64,000 bases of DNA from Pristiophorus japonicus (GCF_044704955.1 NC_091997.1:34658001-34722000), one strand, 5' to 3'; counted from the first letter of the stretch, positions 20,924-33,826 are shown. The notes: generated by a model not told the origin, from the letters alone. Made by a program: numbers and translations.

Positions 20924-23905
20924 TCAGTACCCACTTCCTGCTTTCACGCCATACCCCTTGATCCCCCGAGTAGTAAGGACTTCATCTAACTCCCTTTTGA
21001 ATATATTTAGTGAATTGGCCTCAACTACTTCCTGTGGTAGAGAATTCCACAGGTTCACCACTCTCTGGGTGAAGAAGTTTCTCCTCATCTCGGTCCTAAA
21101 TGGCTTACCCCTTATCCTTAGACTGTGACCCCTGGTTCTGGACTTCCCCAACATTGGGAACATTCTTCCTGCATCCAACCTGTCCAAACCCGTCAGAATT
21201 TTAAACGTTTCTATGAGGTCCCCTCTCACTCTTCTGAACTCCAGTGAATACAAGCCCAGTTGATCCAGTCTTTCTTGATAGGTCAGTCCCACCATCCCGG
21301 GAATCAGTCTGGTGAATCTTTGCTGCACTCCCTCAATAGCAAGAATGTCCTTCCTCAAGTTAGGAGACCAAAACTGTACACAATACTCCAGGTGTGGCCT
21401 CACCAAGGCCCTGTACAACTGTAGCAACACCTCCCTGCCCCTGTACTCAAATCCCCTCGCTATGAAGGCCAACATGCCATTTGCTTTCTTAACCGCCTGC
21501 TGTACCTGCATGCCAACCTTCAATGACTGATGTACCATGACACCCAGGTCTCGTTGCACCTTCCCTTTTCCTAATCTGTCACCATTCAGATAATAGTCTG
21601 TCTCTCTGTTTTAACCACCAAAGTGGATAACCTCACATTTATCCACATTATACTTCATCTGCCACGCATTTGCCCACTCACCTAACCTATCCAAGTCACT
21701 CTGTAGCCTCATAGCATCCTCCTCGCAGCTCACACTGCCACCCAACTTAGTGTCATCCGCAAATTTGGAGATACTACATTTAATCCCCTCGTCTAAATCA
21801 TTAATGTACAATGTAAACAGCTGGGGCCCCAGCACAGAACCCTGCGGTACCCCACTAGTCACTGCCTGCCATTCCGAAAAGTACCCATTTACTCCTACTC
21901 TTTGCTTCCTGTCTGACAACCAGTTCTCAATCCACGTCAGCACACTACCCCCAATCCCATGTGCTTTAACTTTGCACATTAATCTCCTGTGTGGGACCTT
22001 GTCGAAAGCCTTCTGAAAGTCCAAATATACCACATCAACTGGTACTCCTTTGTCCACTTTATTGGAAAAATCCTCAAAAAATTCCAGAAGATTTGTCAAG
22101 CATGATCTCCCTTTCACAAATCCATGCTGACTTGGACCTATCATGTCACCATTTTCCAAATGCGCTGCTATGACATCCTTAATAATTGATTCCATCATTT
22201 TACCCACTACTGAGGTCAGGCTGACCGGTCTATAATTCCCTGCTTTCTCTCTCCCTCCTTTTTTAAAAAGTGGGGTTACATTGGCTACCCTCCACTCGAT
22301 AGGAACTGATCCAGAGTCAATGGAATGTTGGAAAATGACTGTCAATGCATCCGCTATTTCCAAGGCCACCTCCTTAAGTACTCTGGGATGCAATCCATCA
22401 GGCCCTGGGGATTTATCGGCCTTCAATCCCATCAATTTCCCCAACACAATTTCCCGACTAATAAAGATTTCCCTCAGTTCCTCCTCCTTAATAGACCCTC
22501 TGACCACTTTTATATCCGGAAGGTTGTTTGTGTCCTCCTTAGTGAATACTGAACCAAAGTACTTGTTCAATTGGTCTGCCATTTCTTTGTTCCCCGTTAT
22601 GACTTCCCCTGATTCTGACTGCAGGGGACCTACGTTTGTCTTTACTAACCTTTTTCTCTTTACATACCTATAGAAACTTTTGCAATCCGCCTTAATGTTC
22701 CCTGCAAGCTTCTTCTCGTACTCCATTTTCCCTGCCCTAATCAAACCCTTTGTCCTCCTCTGCTGAGTTCTAAATTTCTCCCAGTCCCCAGGTTCGCTGC
22801 TATTTCTGGCCAATTTGTATGCCATTTCCTTGGCTTTAATACTATCCCTGATTTCCCTAGATAGCCACGGTTGAGCCACCTTCCCTTTTTTATTTTTACG
22901 CCAGACAGGAATGTACAATTGTTGTAATTCATCCATGCGGTCTCTAAATGTCTGCCATTGCCCATCCACAGTCAACCCCTTAAGTATCATTAGCCAATCT
23001 ATCTTAGCCAATTCATGCCTCATACCTTCAAAGTTACCCTTCTTTAAGTTCTGGACCATGGTCTCTGAATTAACTGTTTCATTCTCCATCCTAATGCAGA
23101 ATTCCACCATATTATGGTCACTCTTCCCCAAGGGGCCTCGCACAATGAGATTGCTAATTAATCCTCTCTCATTACACAACACCCAGTCTAAGATGGCCTC
23201 CCCCCTAGTTGGTTCCTCGACATATTGGTCTAGAAAACCATCCCTTATGCATTCCAGGAAATCCTCCTCCACCGTATTGCTTCCAGTTTGGCTAACCCAA
23301 TCTATGTGCATATTAAAGTCACCCATTATAACTGCTGCACCTTTATTGCATGCACTCCTAATTTCCTGTTTGATGCCCTCCCCAACATCACTACTACTGT
23401 TTGGAGGTCTGTACACAACTCCCACTAACGATTTTTGCCCTTTAGTGTTCTGCAGCTCTACCCATATAGATTCCACATCATCCAAGCTAATGTCTTTCCT
23501 AACTATTGCATTAATCTCCTCTTTAACCAGCAATGCTACCCCACCTCCTTTTCCTTTTATTCTATCCTTCCTGAATGTTGAATACCCCTGGATGTTGAGT
23601 TCCCAGCCCTGATCATCCTGGAGCCACGTCTCCGTAATCCCAATCACATCATATTTGTTAACATCTATTTGCACAGTTAATTCATCCACCTTATTGCGGA
23701 TACTCCTTGCATTAAGACACAAAGCCTTCAGGCTTGCTTTTTTAACACCCTTTGTCCTTCTAGAATTTTGCTGTACAGTGGCCCTTTTTGTTCTTTGCCT
23801 TGGGTTTCTCTGCCCTCCACTTTTCCTCATCTCCTTTCTGTCTTTTGCTTTTGCCTCATTTTTGTCTCCCTCTGTCTCCCTGTATAGGTTCCCATCCCCC
23901 TGCAA
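20924..23905 (-). pseudogene. CR1 ORF2 (AP endonuclease-RT), single TAA at 21611-21613
   Basis: ORFs 23905-21611 and 21559-20924 share one frame and the 51 nt between them are open; GDFN, SDHN, PQGSVLGP and KFADD are all intact. Confidence 0.93.
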
Positions 23906-23907
23906 TA

Positions 23908-24855
23908 TTAGTTTAACTCCTCCCCAACAGCACTAGCAAACACTCCCCCTAGGACATTGGTTCCGGACCTGCCCAGGTGCAGACCGTCCGGTTTGTACTG
24001 GTCCCACCTCCCCCAGAACCGGTTCCAATGCCCCAAGAATTTGAATCCCTCCCTGCTGCACCACTGCTCAAGCCATGTATTCATCTGCGCTATCCTGCGA
24101 TTCCTACTCTGACTAGCACGTGGCACTGGTAGCAATCCCGAGATTACTACTTTTGAGGTCCTACTTTTTAATTTAGCTCCTAGCTCCTTAAATTCTTTTC
24201 GTAGGACCTCATCCCTTTTTTTACCCATGTCGTTGGTACCAATGTGCACCACGACAACTGGCTGTTCTCCCTCCCATTTCAGAATGTCCTGCAGCCGCTC
24301 CGAGACATCCTTGACCCTTGCACCAGGGAGGCAACATACCATCCTGGAGTCTCGGTTGCGTCCGCAGAAACGCCTATCTATTCCCCTCACCTTCGAATCC
24401 CCTATCACTATCGCGCTCCCACTCTTTTTCCTGCCCTCCTTTGCAGCAGAGCCACCTACGGTGCCATGAACTTGGCTGCTGCTGCCCTCCCCTGATGAGT
24501 CATCCTCCCCAACAGTACTCAAAGCAGTGTATCTGTTTTGCAGGGGGATGACCACAGGGGACCCCTGCACTATCTTTCTTGCACTGCTCTTCCTGCTGGT
24601 CTTCCATTCCCTATCTGGCTGTGGACCCTTCTCCTGCGGTAAGACCAACTCACTACACGTGATACTCACGTCATTCTCAGCATCGTAGATGCTCCAGAGT
24701 GAATCCACCCTCAGCTCCAATTCCGCAACGCGGACCGTCAAGAGCTCGAGGCGGATACACTTCCCACACACGTAGCGCCCAGGGACACCGGAAGTGTCCC
24801 CGAGTTCCCACATGGTACAGGAGGAGCATATCACATGGCCGAGCTCTCCTGCCAT
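23908..24855 (-). CDS. CR1 ORF1p: zinc finger/leucine zipper plus SGNH esterase (315 aa, open)
   Basis: CSSC...CGKC followed by a Leu heptad; GDS, GTND and DGLH blocks. Confidence 0.92.
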   Translation of the reverse strand: MAGELGHVICSSCTMWELGDTSGVPGRYVCGKCIRLELLTVRVAELELRVDSLWSIYDAENDVSITCSELVLPQEKGPQPDREWKTSRKSSARKIVQGSPVVIPLQNRYTALSTVGEDDSSGEGSSSQVHGTVGGSAAKEGRKKSGSAIVIGDSKVRGIDRRFCGRNRDSRMVCCLPGARVKDVSERLQDILKWEGEQPVVVVHIGTNDMGKKRDEVLRKEFKELGAKLKSRTSKVVISGLLPVPRASQSRNRRIAQMNTWLEQWCSREGFKFLGHWNRFWGRWDQYKPDGLHLGRSGTNVLGGVFASAVGEELN

Positions 24856-25018
24856 GTCTTAACCTTAGATACCCTTAAATTGGTAATAACAATAAAAAGA
24901 AAAGAAAAGCTACTCACCAATCACCAGCCAATCACTTACCACATTGGCTGTGACGTCACTTTTTGATTACTTTCTACTTCTATTTTGCTTTCTCTCCCGC
25001 TGTAGCTGCACCGGTATG

Positions 25019-25457
25019 CTTTTGACAGGTCGCTCCCCTCTCACCAACTGCCGCTGGCTCTCGATCTCCCGCTGGGCTTTTGACAGGTCGCTCCCCTCTC
25101 ACCAACTGCCGCTGGCTCTCGATCTCCTGCTGGGCTTTTGACAGGTCGCTCCCCTCTCACCAACTGCCGCTGGCTCTCGATCTCCCGCTGGGCTTTTGAC
25201 AGGTCGCTCCCCTCTCACCAACTGCTGCTGGCTCTCGATCTCCCGCTGGGCTTTTGACAGGTCGCTCCCCTCTCACCAACTGCTGCTGGCTCTCGATCTC
25301 CCGCTGGGCTTTTGACAGGTCGCTCCCCTCACCAACTGCCGCTGGCTCTCGATCTCCCGCTGGGCTTTTGATAGGTCGCTCCCCTCTCACCAACTGCCGC
25401 TGGCTCTCGATCTCCCGCTGGGCTTTTGACAGGTCGCTCCCCTCTCACCAACTCCCG
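25019..25457 (-). repeat. 58-bp tandem monomers (about 7.6 copies) at the CR1 5' end
   Basis: tttgacaggtcgctcccctctcaccaactgccgctggctctcgatctcccgctgggct starts at 25021, 25079, 25137, 25195, 25253, 25311, 25367, 25425. Confidence 0.95.
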
Positions 25458-25511
25458 CTAAACCGTCGGCTGCTTAACACTGGTATTAACATGACTTTGC
25501 CTTAAATCTAG

Positions 25512-25705
25512 GAGCGGAGAAGTAGGGAAGAAGAAGCACATTTGCCACATTCCAGGTTGTGAGAAGGTATTCCGGAAAACGTCCTTGCTCCGAGCACACG
25601 TCCGCTTGCACACAGGGGAGCGGCCGTTTGCCTGCAGTTGGGTCTTCTGTGGAAAAAGGTTCACTCGCAGCGACGAGCTACAGAGGCACGCCCGAACTCA
25701 CACAG
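25512..25705 (+). CDS. SP2: Sp2 exon, zinc fingers 1-2
   Basis: (R)[64 protein letters not shown]; KTSLL (Leu rather than His) is Sp2-diagnostic; ag/gt boundaries in phase. Confidence 0.96.
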
Positions 25706-26174
25706 GTCAGCGCTGCACATGCAAAGCATTCTCCTTCATAATGGGCAGTAGAGTAATCATCTTTAACCCAATTAGTGATAAGCAGTAAATATGCCGAGTT
25801 ATTGCAGTGTCGCAGGAACTTTCATTGTGGCTGGCATATTAATTCCAGGCGCCTTCTGTAAAAGCCTCACATGTGGCACTTTATCAAATGCCTTCTGGAA
25901 TCACATGCACTGAATAGCTCATCTTTACTGACACTGTTACATCCTTAATGAATTCCAGTATATTTGTGAGGCATAGCCGATTGCTCTTAAGACTATGCTG
26001 ATGAGCCCTTAGGACTTACAAGCTTGTTAGCACGTCAATTTCCCTGTCTTTGCTAATTTCAGCAAAAATGCAGACGCAAGTAAACTGTGTATTTATACTC
26101 ACACCCAGCTTTTCACTAAACTCAGCAAAGGCAGGAAGTTCAACTGGACAGCGACACCATCCCATCAAATCGAA

Positions 26175-26600
26175 AGAATTTGCATTTATATAGCGCCTTT
26201 CACAACCTCAAGACGTCCCAAAGCACTTTACAGCCAGTGAATTACTTTTTGAACTGTAGTCACTGTTGTAACGTCGGAAACGTGGCGGCCTATTTGCACA
26301 CAGCAAACTTCCACAAACAGCAATGAGATAAGTGACCTTAGTGATTGGTTGAGGGATAAATATTGACCGGGACAGCAGGAAAAACTCCCCTGCTCTTCTC
26401 TGAAATAGTGGCCGTGGGATCTTTTACATCCAGCTGTGATAGCAGATGGGGCCTCGTTTAACGTCACATCAGAAAGACGGATCTCCGACAGTGCAGCGCT
26501 CCCTCAGTACTGCATTGGCGTGTCAGCCTGGATCCTGTGCTCAAGTGTCTGGAGTGGGACTTGAACCCACTGACTCCGCGGCGAGAGTGCTACCCACTGA
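26175..26600 (-). mobile_element. DeuSINE copy
   Basis: Same head, core and tail as 1430-1890. Confidence 0.75.
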
Positions 26601-26788
26601 GTATTAGGTTAACTGGTGTCTAATTCTAGTATTGGTAGCCCACATTTCTGTGTAATGCTGTTCAGAAAGGATATGGATTGAGTACTTCCAGTAATATTTG
26701 GCAGATGGAGTATAATATGGGAAAATGTGAGGTTATCCACTTTGTAGGAAGAATAGAAAAGAATATTATTTAACGGAGTAACTATTTG

Positions 26789-27527
26789 TACTGAGTCTCC
26801 CATCTGTGCATGCGTCTCCTGACACATACGCAGAAGCGAGAGTTGGACAAATATCACCGACTCCGTCCCCCCCAACGCCTCTGATCCATCCAGAGGCAGC
26901 CCCGAGGCCTGAGCAGCCAAACGCATCCTCCGAGTCGCCCGCAGCCCTGAGCCTCCAACCGGGCCCCAAGCCACCCGCAGTGCCGCAAGTCCTGAGCGAG
27001 TTGTGGGCCCCGAGCTACTCGGGGAAGAGAGAGCCTGGGGGGGGGGGCGAGGAGGAGAGAGACACGGGGAGAGAGAGCCTGGGGAGGTTGGAGAGAGAGA
27101 GCTGCACAGGTGGCAGGGGGGTGCGGGGGGGGGGGGGGGGGAGGATCGGCGGGGAGAGAGGGAACTCATGGAAGATGGCTCACATTTTTCCAACCCCCTG
27201 GTGCGTGCAAGCTCACTGCATGTGTTACAAGGGACATTGTTGGGGTGGATGATATCCAGAAGTCACGACACTGTCACTATTCATTTCATACCCAATAAAC
27301 CTGTTAACAATCCGCATACAGTGGGTAAGGTCATGCATTTGCGCTGGGGTAAGGGACTTCGGCTGGAACTTAGTGGCTTTTGGGGAGATCTATCCTCTGT
27401 GGCTTGTGAAGTCAAAATTAATCGAATTACAAATTGGAAAGTCAGTCAGAACTTGGGATGGGCGGTTCCAGTTACACATTCCAAGGGAACTTCAGGGTGT
27501 GGCTTATCCTCCAAGGGGACCAATTAG
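26789..27527. repeat. Unclassified interspersed repeat (copy 1), inside a CR1 fragment
   Basis: Shares start (gtactgagt..gcatgcgtct), GA-rich middle, acaagggacattgttg...cccaataaacctgttaacaatccg and end (ggcttatcctccaa..ggaccaat) with 41630-42778. Confidence 0.7.
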
Positions 27528-27598
27528 GAATAGATCATGTGATAATGGAGTGCCAATCAGAAACCGCAGCCTTTCAGTTAGTTACAAATAAACGTATC

Positions 27599-28360
27599 CA
27601 TTATTTAAATGGAGAGAGACTACAGAATGCTGTGGTACAGAAGGATCTGCAAGTCCTCGTACATGAAACACAAAAAGTTAGGTACAGCAAGTAATTAGAA
27701 AGGCAAATGGAATGTTGGCCTTTATTGCAAGGGGGATAGACTATAAAAGTAGGGAAGTCCTGCTACAACTGTACAGGTTATTGGCGAGGCCACACCTGGA
27801 GTACTGCATTCAGTTTTGGGCTCCTTATTTAACGAGGGATATACTTGCATTTGAGGCAGTTCAGAGAATATTCACTAGGTTGATTCCTGAGATGAAAGGT
27901 TTGTCATATGAAGAAAGGTTGAGCAGATTGGGCCTATACTCATTGGAGTCTAAAAGAATGAGAGATGATCTTATTGAAACATAAGATTCTGAGGGGGCTT
28001 GACAGGATAGGTGCAGAGAGGATGTTTCCCCTCGTGGGGGAATCTCGAACTAGGGGGCATAGTCTCAGAATAAGAGGTCGCCCATTTAAAATGGAGACGA
28101 GGAGGAATTTCTTCTCTCAGAGGGTCGTAGATCTTTGGAATTCTCTACCCCAGAGAGCTGTGGAGGCTGAGTCTTTGAATAGCCAGATAGACAGAGGCTG
28201 AGATAGACAGATCCTTGAACTACAGGAGAGTCAAGGGTTATGAGGAGCAGGCAGGGAAGTGGAGTTGAGGCCAAGATCAGATCAGCCATGGTCTTATTGA
28301 ATGGCGGAGCAGGCTCGAGGGGCTGAATGGCCAACTCCTGCCCTAATTTATGTTCTTATT
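27599..28360 (+). mobile_element. CR1 3' fragment
   Basis: MLAFIARG...RPHLEYCIQFW...TRGHSLRI; atgttctt tail; its upstream part is at about 26700-26775. Confidence 0.85.
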
Positions 28361-28729
28361 ATCAGCAGTGCGCTATATGGCCAGAGGAAGAGTGTGAGGT
28401 GATCGGTGAGCTCTGGAGTGACAGGTGCAATTTACTGCAGAGCAATGGTGGAAAAAGCAGAGCTGTTGCCGAATGATGGGCATCTATTGGGCAAGGGAGC
28501 AGATTGGAGTGCGAGGGAGAAGATCGGAGTGCGATTGCATTTAATGAAAGTACCCAGTCATTTCAAGTTCCCCACCTTGAAAGGGGACATTGGTGTAGTG
28601 GAGAGGATTTGGAGAAGAGCATTGGGTTGGAGGGTAATTCTGAGATGTAGTTGGGAATTTGCAGGAATGACGTGTAATGTTTCACTGTTGGTGTAAATTT
28701 AAACCTGCCGTGCTAATTGTGTGTTGCAG

Positions 28730-28833
28730 GTGACAAACGTTTCGAGTGTGGACAGTGTCACAAGCGTTTCATGAGGAGTGACCACCTGACCAAACATTAC
28801 AAAACGCACTTAAACACAAAGAACTTGGTGTAG
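28730..28833 (+). CDS. SP2: Sp2 terminal coding exon, zinc finger 3
   Basis: gtgttgcag/ (G)[33 protein letters not shown] closely matches the Sp2 C-terminus. Confidence 0.96.
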
Positions 28834-30615
28834 AGACTGCGGCGCCACTCGGGAGACACGGTCTCCGTAGCAACAGAAGTCAAACATTTAACATTTTTTT
28901 TTTGTTTTTGCATTTTTAAAGAAGGAAAAAAAAACAAAAAATGTTTTCCCGAAAGGATGGAGGGAGGGAGGGAAGGGTTGTGTTTGGTCTATACTTCCCC
29001 CTTCCCCCCCCCACGCCCTCCTCCCTACGCTACAAATGCAGCTGGACACGTCGTTACCGTGGTAACCAGCATTACCGGAGCGATGGTGTGGCATGGAGAG
29101 TGCAGTGGATTGGCGGTACGAGGGAGGCTCCATGTGCAGAGAGAGACACACACACACAGAGACAAGATAAGCAAGCCTGATGCCATCCTGGGCTGTTCTG
29201 TCCATTCCTCCCTGTATAACACAGGCGTAGCTTTGCCGATGTTTTGTTTTCTAATGATAAGATGCCTTAGATTTTGTCACATATAATAATGAGAGCATTG
29301 TACTGTGATTGAGTGGAGGCTTTTCAATTAGTCAGTTTGCAATGTTTTTTATTTTACAATAAGATAAGTTTTTTTCTTTCCATGTGCGATTCTGACACAG
29401 GATCATGAGGCGATTTATGTCCTAATGACGTCATCTTTGGACACAAGTAGAAGGAAAAAGAAAATAATTCTTTTTTTAAAAAAGAAATGGTTTTTTTAAA
29501 TGAACTACTGGGATTGTAGTATCCTGTAAAGTTTAATAGATTGACAAGCATAGTGTTTACAATTGCTTCAGAGAAATATTGGTTGTATTTTTGAGCTTTG
29601 ATTGGAATGAAATCCGACTTTATTTTAGTATGTAAGTTTTGGATGGTCTTAGATGACTGGTAATAAATTTCTTACTTGAAAGTAAATGCAATGTAGGGAG
29701 GGAGGGGGCAATGGTGAGACAGCAATCGATGCCCACTTCATCCTGTACAACAGCCCGGGTCTCCGCTTCAGCCTGGCTCATGTGTCCTGTTCCGTTTTCT
29801 CCCAGATTCTCCGTATCATGGGTCAAAACAATACGGGAAGATTTCCCATGTGTTCAGAGTTGCACACTTGCACTCATGATTTCACTGCAAGCAGCCCACA
29901 GGAAATCTCTCTCCCCTCCCCACCCACTCTGTTAACACGCCATAGATCAAAGGAATTAGAATATTGAATAAAATGGCTCCATATTCCTAAATGTGGCAGA
30001 GTGGGGGATTTCCCACAATTTTCTCCCCTCCGCTCCTTGAAGGCGATGAATCTTGCACGGACGATGGTTCCGTGGCTTCCACCTGCCCTTCAGTACATCG
30101 CTCAAATGTCCATTCTTTGCATACAAGCCCAGGCGGTGAGTTTCTGCGGGCTAATCGAACACGAGGGAGCAGCGCAGCCGAGCCCCATACTATGCACGTC
30201 TAGCATTCAAAAGCACGTGCTATCCAGCGCATGGCTTCAGGCTGTGGACCAGGGAGGCGGGGGTGACTGGGGCAGCGATTATGGTGTTCCACGCCAGTGA
30301 CTTGAGGTGTGGGGAGAGCTACACCAAGCTTTGCCCCGCCCCTCCCCCCATGTGTGTGATTCCACGATCTTTAATTCATAACATTTTGGACTAAGGGCCA
30401 GTTCCATTGATTGCAGTCTTCATCCTGATGAACCAGCCAATTAAACCACTTTGTGACGTCATGGGGAAGTGATGTCAGAGCACTTCCTGCGACATCACGA
30501 GGACGTTTCCACCGTGGAATGTGCACTATTTCCTGACCGTGATGTAATTTCCTGTGTGTTTTTATTTTCTTTAAAAAAAATAACTAAAATAAAAGGAATA
30601 ATTTTGTGCTTTGGT
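28834..30615 (+). other. SP2: Probable Sp2 3' UTR
   Basis: Repeat-free, U-rich 1.8 kb after the stop; AATAAA at 29967 and 30588, the latter followed by a GT-rich stretch. Confidence 0.6.
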
Positions 30616-30805
30616 TTACATGGGAGGAGACACATCAAGTCATTTGTTTCTTTAAAGGTTTCTCAAATGGAACCCCAGTTACCCAGTGAGGTGACCTGGA
30701 CTTGGGTGAAATGGATTCAGTTCCGTGTTCTCTCCCCAGCTCAGTTCCTCAGCTTACCTTGAGGGATTATTTGTGTTTTATCTTTTCACTTTCCAGATTA
30801 CCTTA

Positions 30806-31290
30806 TAGAATCATAGAATGATACAGCACTGAAGGAACCCATTCGGCCCATCGTGCCTGTGCTGGCTTGATTGCTCTTTGAAAGAGCTTTCTAATTAGTC
30901 CCACTCCCCAATCTCTTTCCCATGGCTCTATTTTTTCCTTTCAAGCAATTATCCAATTCTCTTAAAAGTTGCTATTGAATCTGTATTAACCACCCTTTCA
31001 GCCAGCGCATTTCAGATCACAATAACTCGCTGTGTAAAAAACTGTTTCCTCATGTCGTCTCTGGTTCTTTTGCCAGTCTGTGTCCTCTGGTTATCGACCC
31101 TTGTGGCACACCTTCTCCTTATTTACATACTGTATAAAAAACGTTCACGATTTTGAACACCTTGATTAAATCTTCTCTTAAACTCTTAACCAGGAGAACA
31201 ACCTCAGCTTCTCCAGCCTCTCCACATTACTACATTGCCTCATCCCTGGTACAATTCTAGTAAATCCCTTCTGCACCCTCTCCAACACCT
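30806..31290 (-). mobile_element. CR1 3' fragment
   Basis: tagaatcatagaat tail and same body as 17718-18512 and 47735-48510. Confidence 0.7.
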
Positions 31291-31957
31291 TTGGGTGTGG
31301 TTGCACACTGCATTTATGCAGAACATTGAACTCACATTGGGAGCAAAGTAAATATTTCTAATCCTGCTCCCTCCCTAATCCAATTAAAGTTGATTTTCTG
31401 TAAATGGGGCTTAACTTCACCCATACTATTTATGGAGTGGTGGTGGTGCGGTGGGTAATTACCCCTCCACTGATCTGTCCAGTCGCTATCGGTTGTTTCT
31501 GTTCGTGGTGTATTCTGTCGTTCAGATATTAGTAAGGCCAGAATTTTTAAAAGCTGATGTAAAACACAGCAAATTTTATATATTTTTTTAGAATTAACCT
31601 TCTTTATTAACAGTGCGTATATGTTTGATTGTCTTATTCCACAGATATAAACAATTACTGGCAAATGGGCATCGAGTAAAGGTTTAACAGTGAGCTCCCC
31701 CACTGGGTATGTGCACTGTCGGGTATGATACCGAACCCCACTAACCATCATTTGTTCCCCGGTCTGTGACATCATTTGGGTCAGGAGTTGAGACACTCCG
31801 GTTAGCCTCAGTACTTTCAGGCGGAGTGGGTGAGGGGGAGGTGTCGAAAGATAAACGGTCAGGGTCTCTGTTCTTGATCACTGTCTGCTGGCGGGGACGG
31901 ATGTGTGGGTATCAGCCGAGGACAGGATTGGGTTGAGCTGTGACACTTTTCCCCCCA

Positions 31958-32345
31958 TAGAAATTTATAGAATCATAGAAATTTACGGCACAGAAGGAGG
32001 CCATTCGGCCCATCGTGTCCGTGCCGGCCGACAAAGAGCTATCCAGCCTAATCCCACTTTCCAGCTCTTGGTATGTAGCCCTATAGGTTACGGCACTTCA
32101 AGTGCACATCCAAGTACTTTTGAAATGTGGTGAGGGTTTCTGCCTCTACCACCCTTTAAGGCAGTGAGTTCCAGACCCCCACCCCCTCTGGGTGAAATAA
32201 TTTCCTCTCAAATCCCCTCTAAACCTCCTACCAGTTACTTTAAATTTATGCCCCCTGGTTGTTGACCCCTCTGCTAAGGGAAATAGGTCCTTCCTATCCA
32301 CTCCTATCTAGGCCCCTCATAATTTTATACACCTCAATTAAATCT
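31958..32345 (-). mobile_element. CR1 3' fragment
   Basis: Near copy of 17750-18100. Confidence 0.7.
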
Positions 32346-33826
32346 GCCCCGGGGTCTCTCTTCGGTGTCTGGGCTCACACGTGGAGAGTCACTGATTGAC
32401 GGAGGTACTGGTGAGCGACCAGTGTCTGTGGAAATCGTGCCCTGGGTAAAGTTGGCATCTTTGGGAGGAGAGGGGAGAAAAATTCAGGGGTGGGGTGGAG
32501 GGATTAACGTCACACAACAAGGGTGTAACTGAATTGTGCGGTTCGGTATGAGGTTTCGTGGCAACTTGAAGATTAGTGAAGGTATTTTACTTTCTCAACA
32601 GCAATTATTGATTACGAAGAGAGGCGTAAATTATTTGATAGGAAAAAAACATAATATCAATCAGATTTGTATAATCAGGCTGCGGGTCCTTCTTACTAAC
32701 CATTTGGGAAAAGGAGCAATTGCTGTTTTTGGATTTACTGCATTGCCATCAGAGGCCCTTCCATGTGTCAATCGCTGATTTCAACTGATAACGTTTAGAG
32801 TTTCTCTGATCCTTGCTCTCAAATTTCTGCTCCCCCACCTCCCCGTCATTGGACTCTTCCGATGAGGCAATTGGGTCCCTGTCCAATATTTGTGTCCACC
32901 AGGCAGCACTGTGCAGTGACGGGGCAGAGCGGCGGGTCGGTGGGGATCATAGGTGTAATGGGCACTGGTCTGCGCTCGCTGCTGCAACACAGTGTATCGC
33001 TGTTTGTTTTTTAAAAAGTGCTGTCTTAGCAAATAGCCTTCGTACGATGAATACTGCTTGGATTTATGAAGTGTTGTAAATGTTCTTTGGTATATTATAT
33101 AAAAAAAATAAAGAATGGCAGCCCAGGCTGACGCTGGTCTTTTATCAAATGGTCTTTGGAGCAGAAGAGCACTGCTCTCCTTCTCCCCAACTCCACCCTC
33201 TCGGTCTCACGGCAGCATCCCATCCTCAGCTGGAAGTACAGGTCACAAAGCACTGCCCCAGGAGCCAGCTGCAGCCCTCCTTTACCTCAGAGCAAACACC
33301 TTCCACAGAGACCTTGGGTTTGATAACAATAATAACTTTTATTTATATAGCGCCTTTAATGTAGTAAAATATCCCAAGGTGCTTCACAACAATTTTACAA
33401 AACGTTAGATATTGATCATTGAGGGAAAGAGAAAAAAACGAGAGATGGCAGTGTAAAAGGAGGTTAACGGCATGGGTCCGAAACGGAAGCCAAAATGCGC
33501 ACACAGATTGACACAAGCGATAAAACAGAAAAAAAATCAAATTACATTGTAAATAATACAATAAGGAGTGTACAATAGTAAAATCAGTATAATAAAGATT
33601 AATTATAATTAAATAATTAATATATACCATAATTATAAACTAAGTTAAAATTAGAAAATCAGCAATTGAAGCAAATTAAATCCGTTATTAGCTTTCTTTA
33701 AGGTTAATTTCCTGTTCAGTGATTCAATTAATCTGGAAGACCCAATCACCGTCTTCCATCCATGTGATGTCATAATTGTATTACTTTTTATTTCTCATTT
33801 TGTCCTCTTGACAGGACCTGTAATAG

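Larger units (their letters stand above)
20826..25457 (-). mobile_element. Full-length, near-intact CR1-clade LINE
   Basis: 5' tandem monomers, intact ORF1, ORF2 with one in-frame stop, (TTTCTATG)n 3' tail. Confidence 0.95.

Noticed and set aside
25019-25457. Regular 58-bp repeats resembling a CRISPR array
   Set aside because: No unique spacers; contiguous tandem units at a LINE 5' end in eukaryotic DNA
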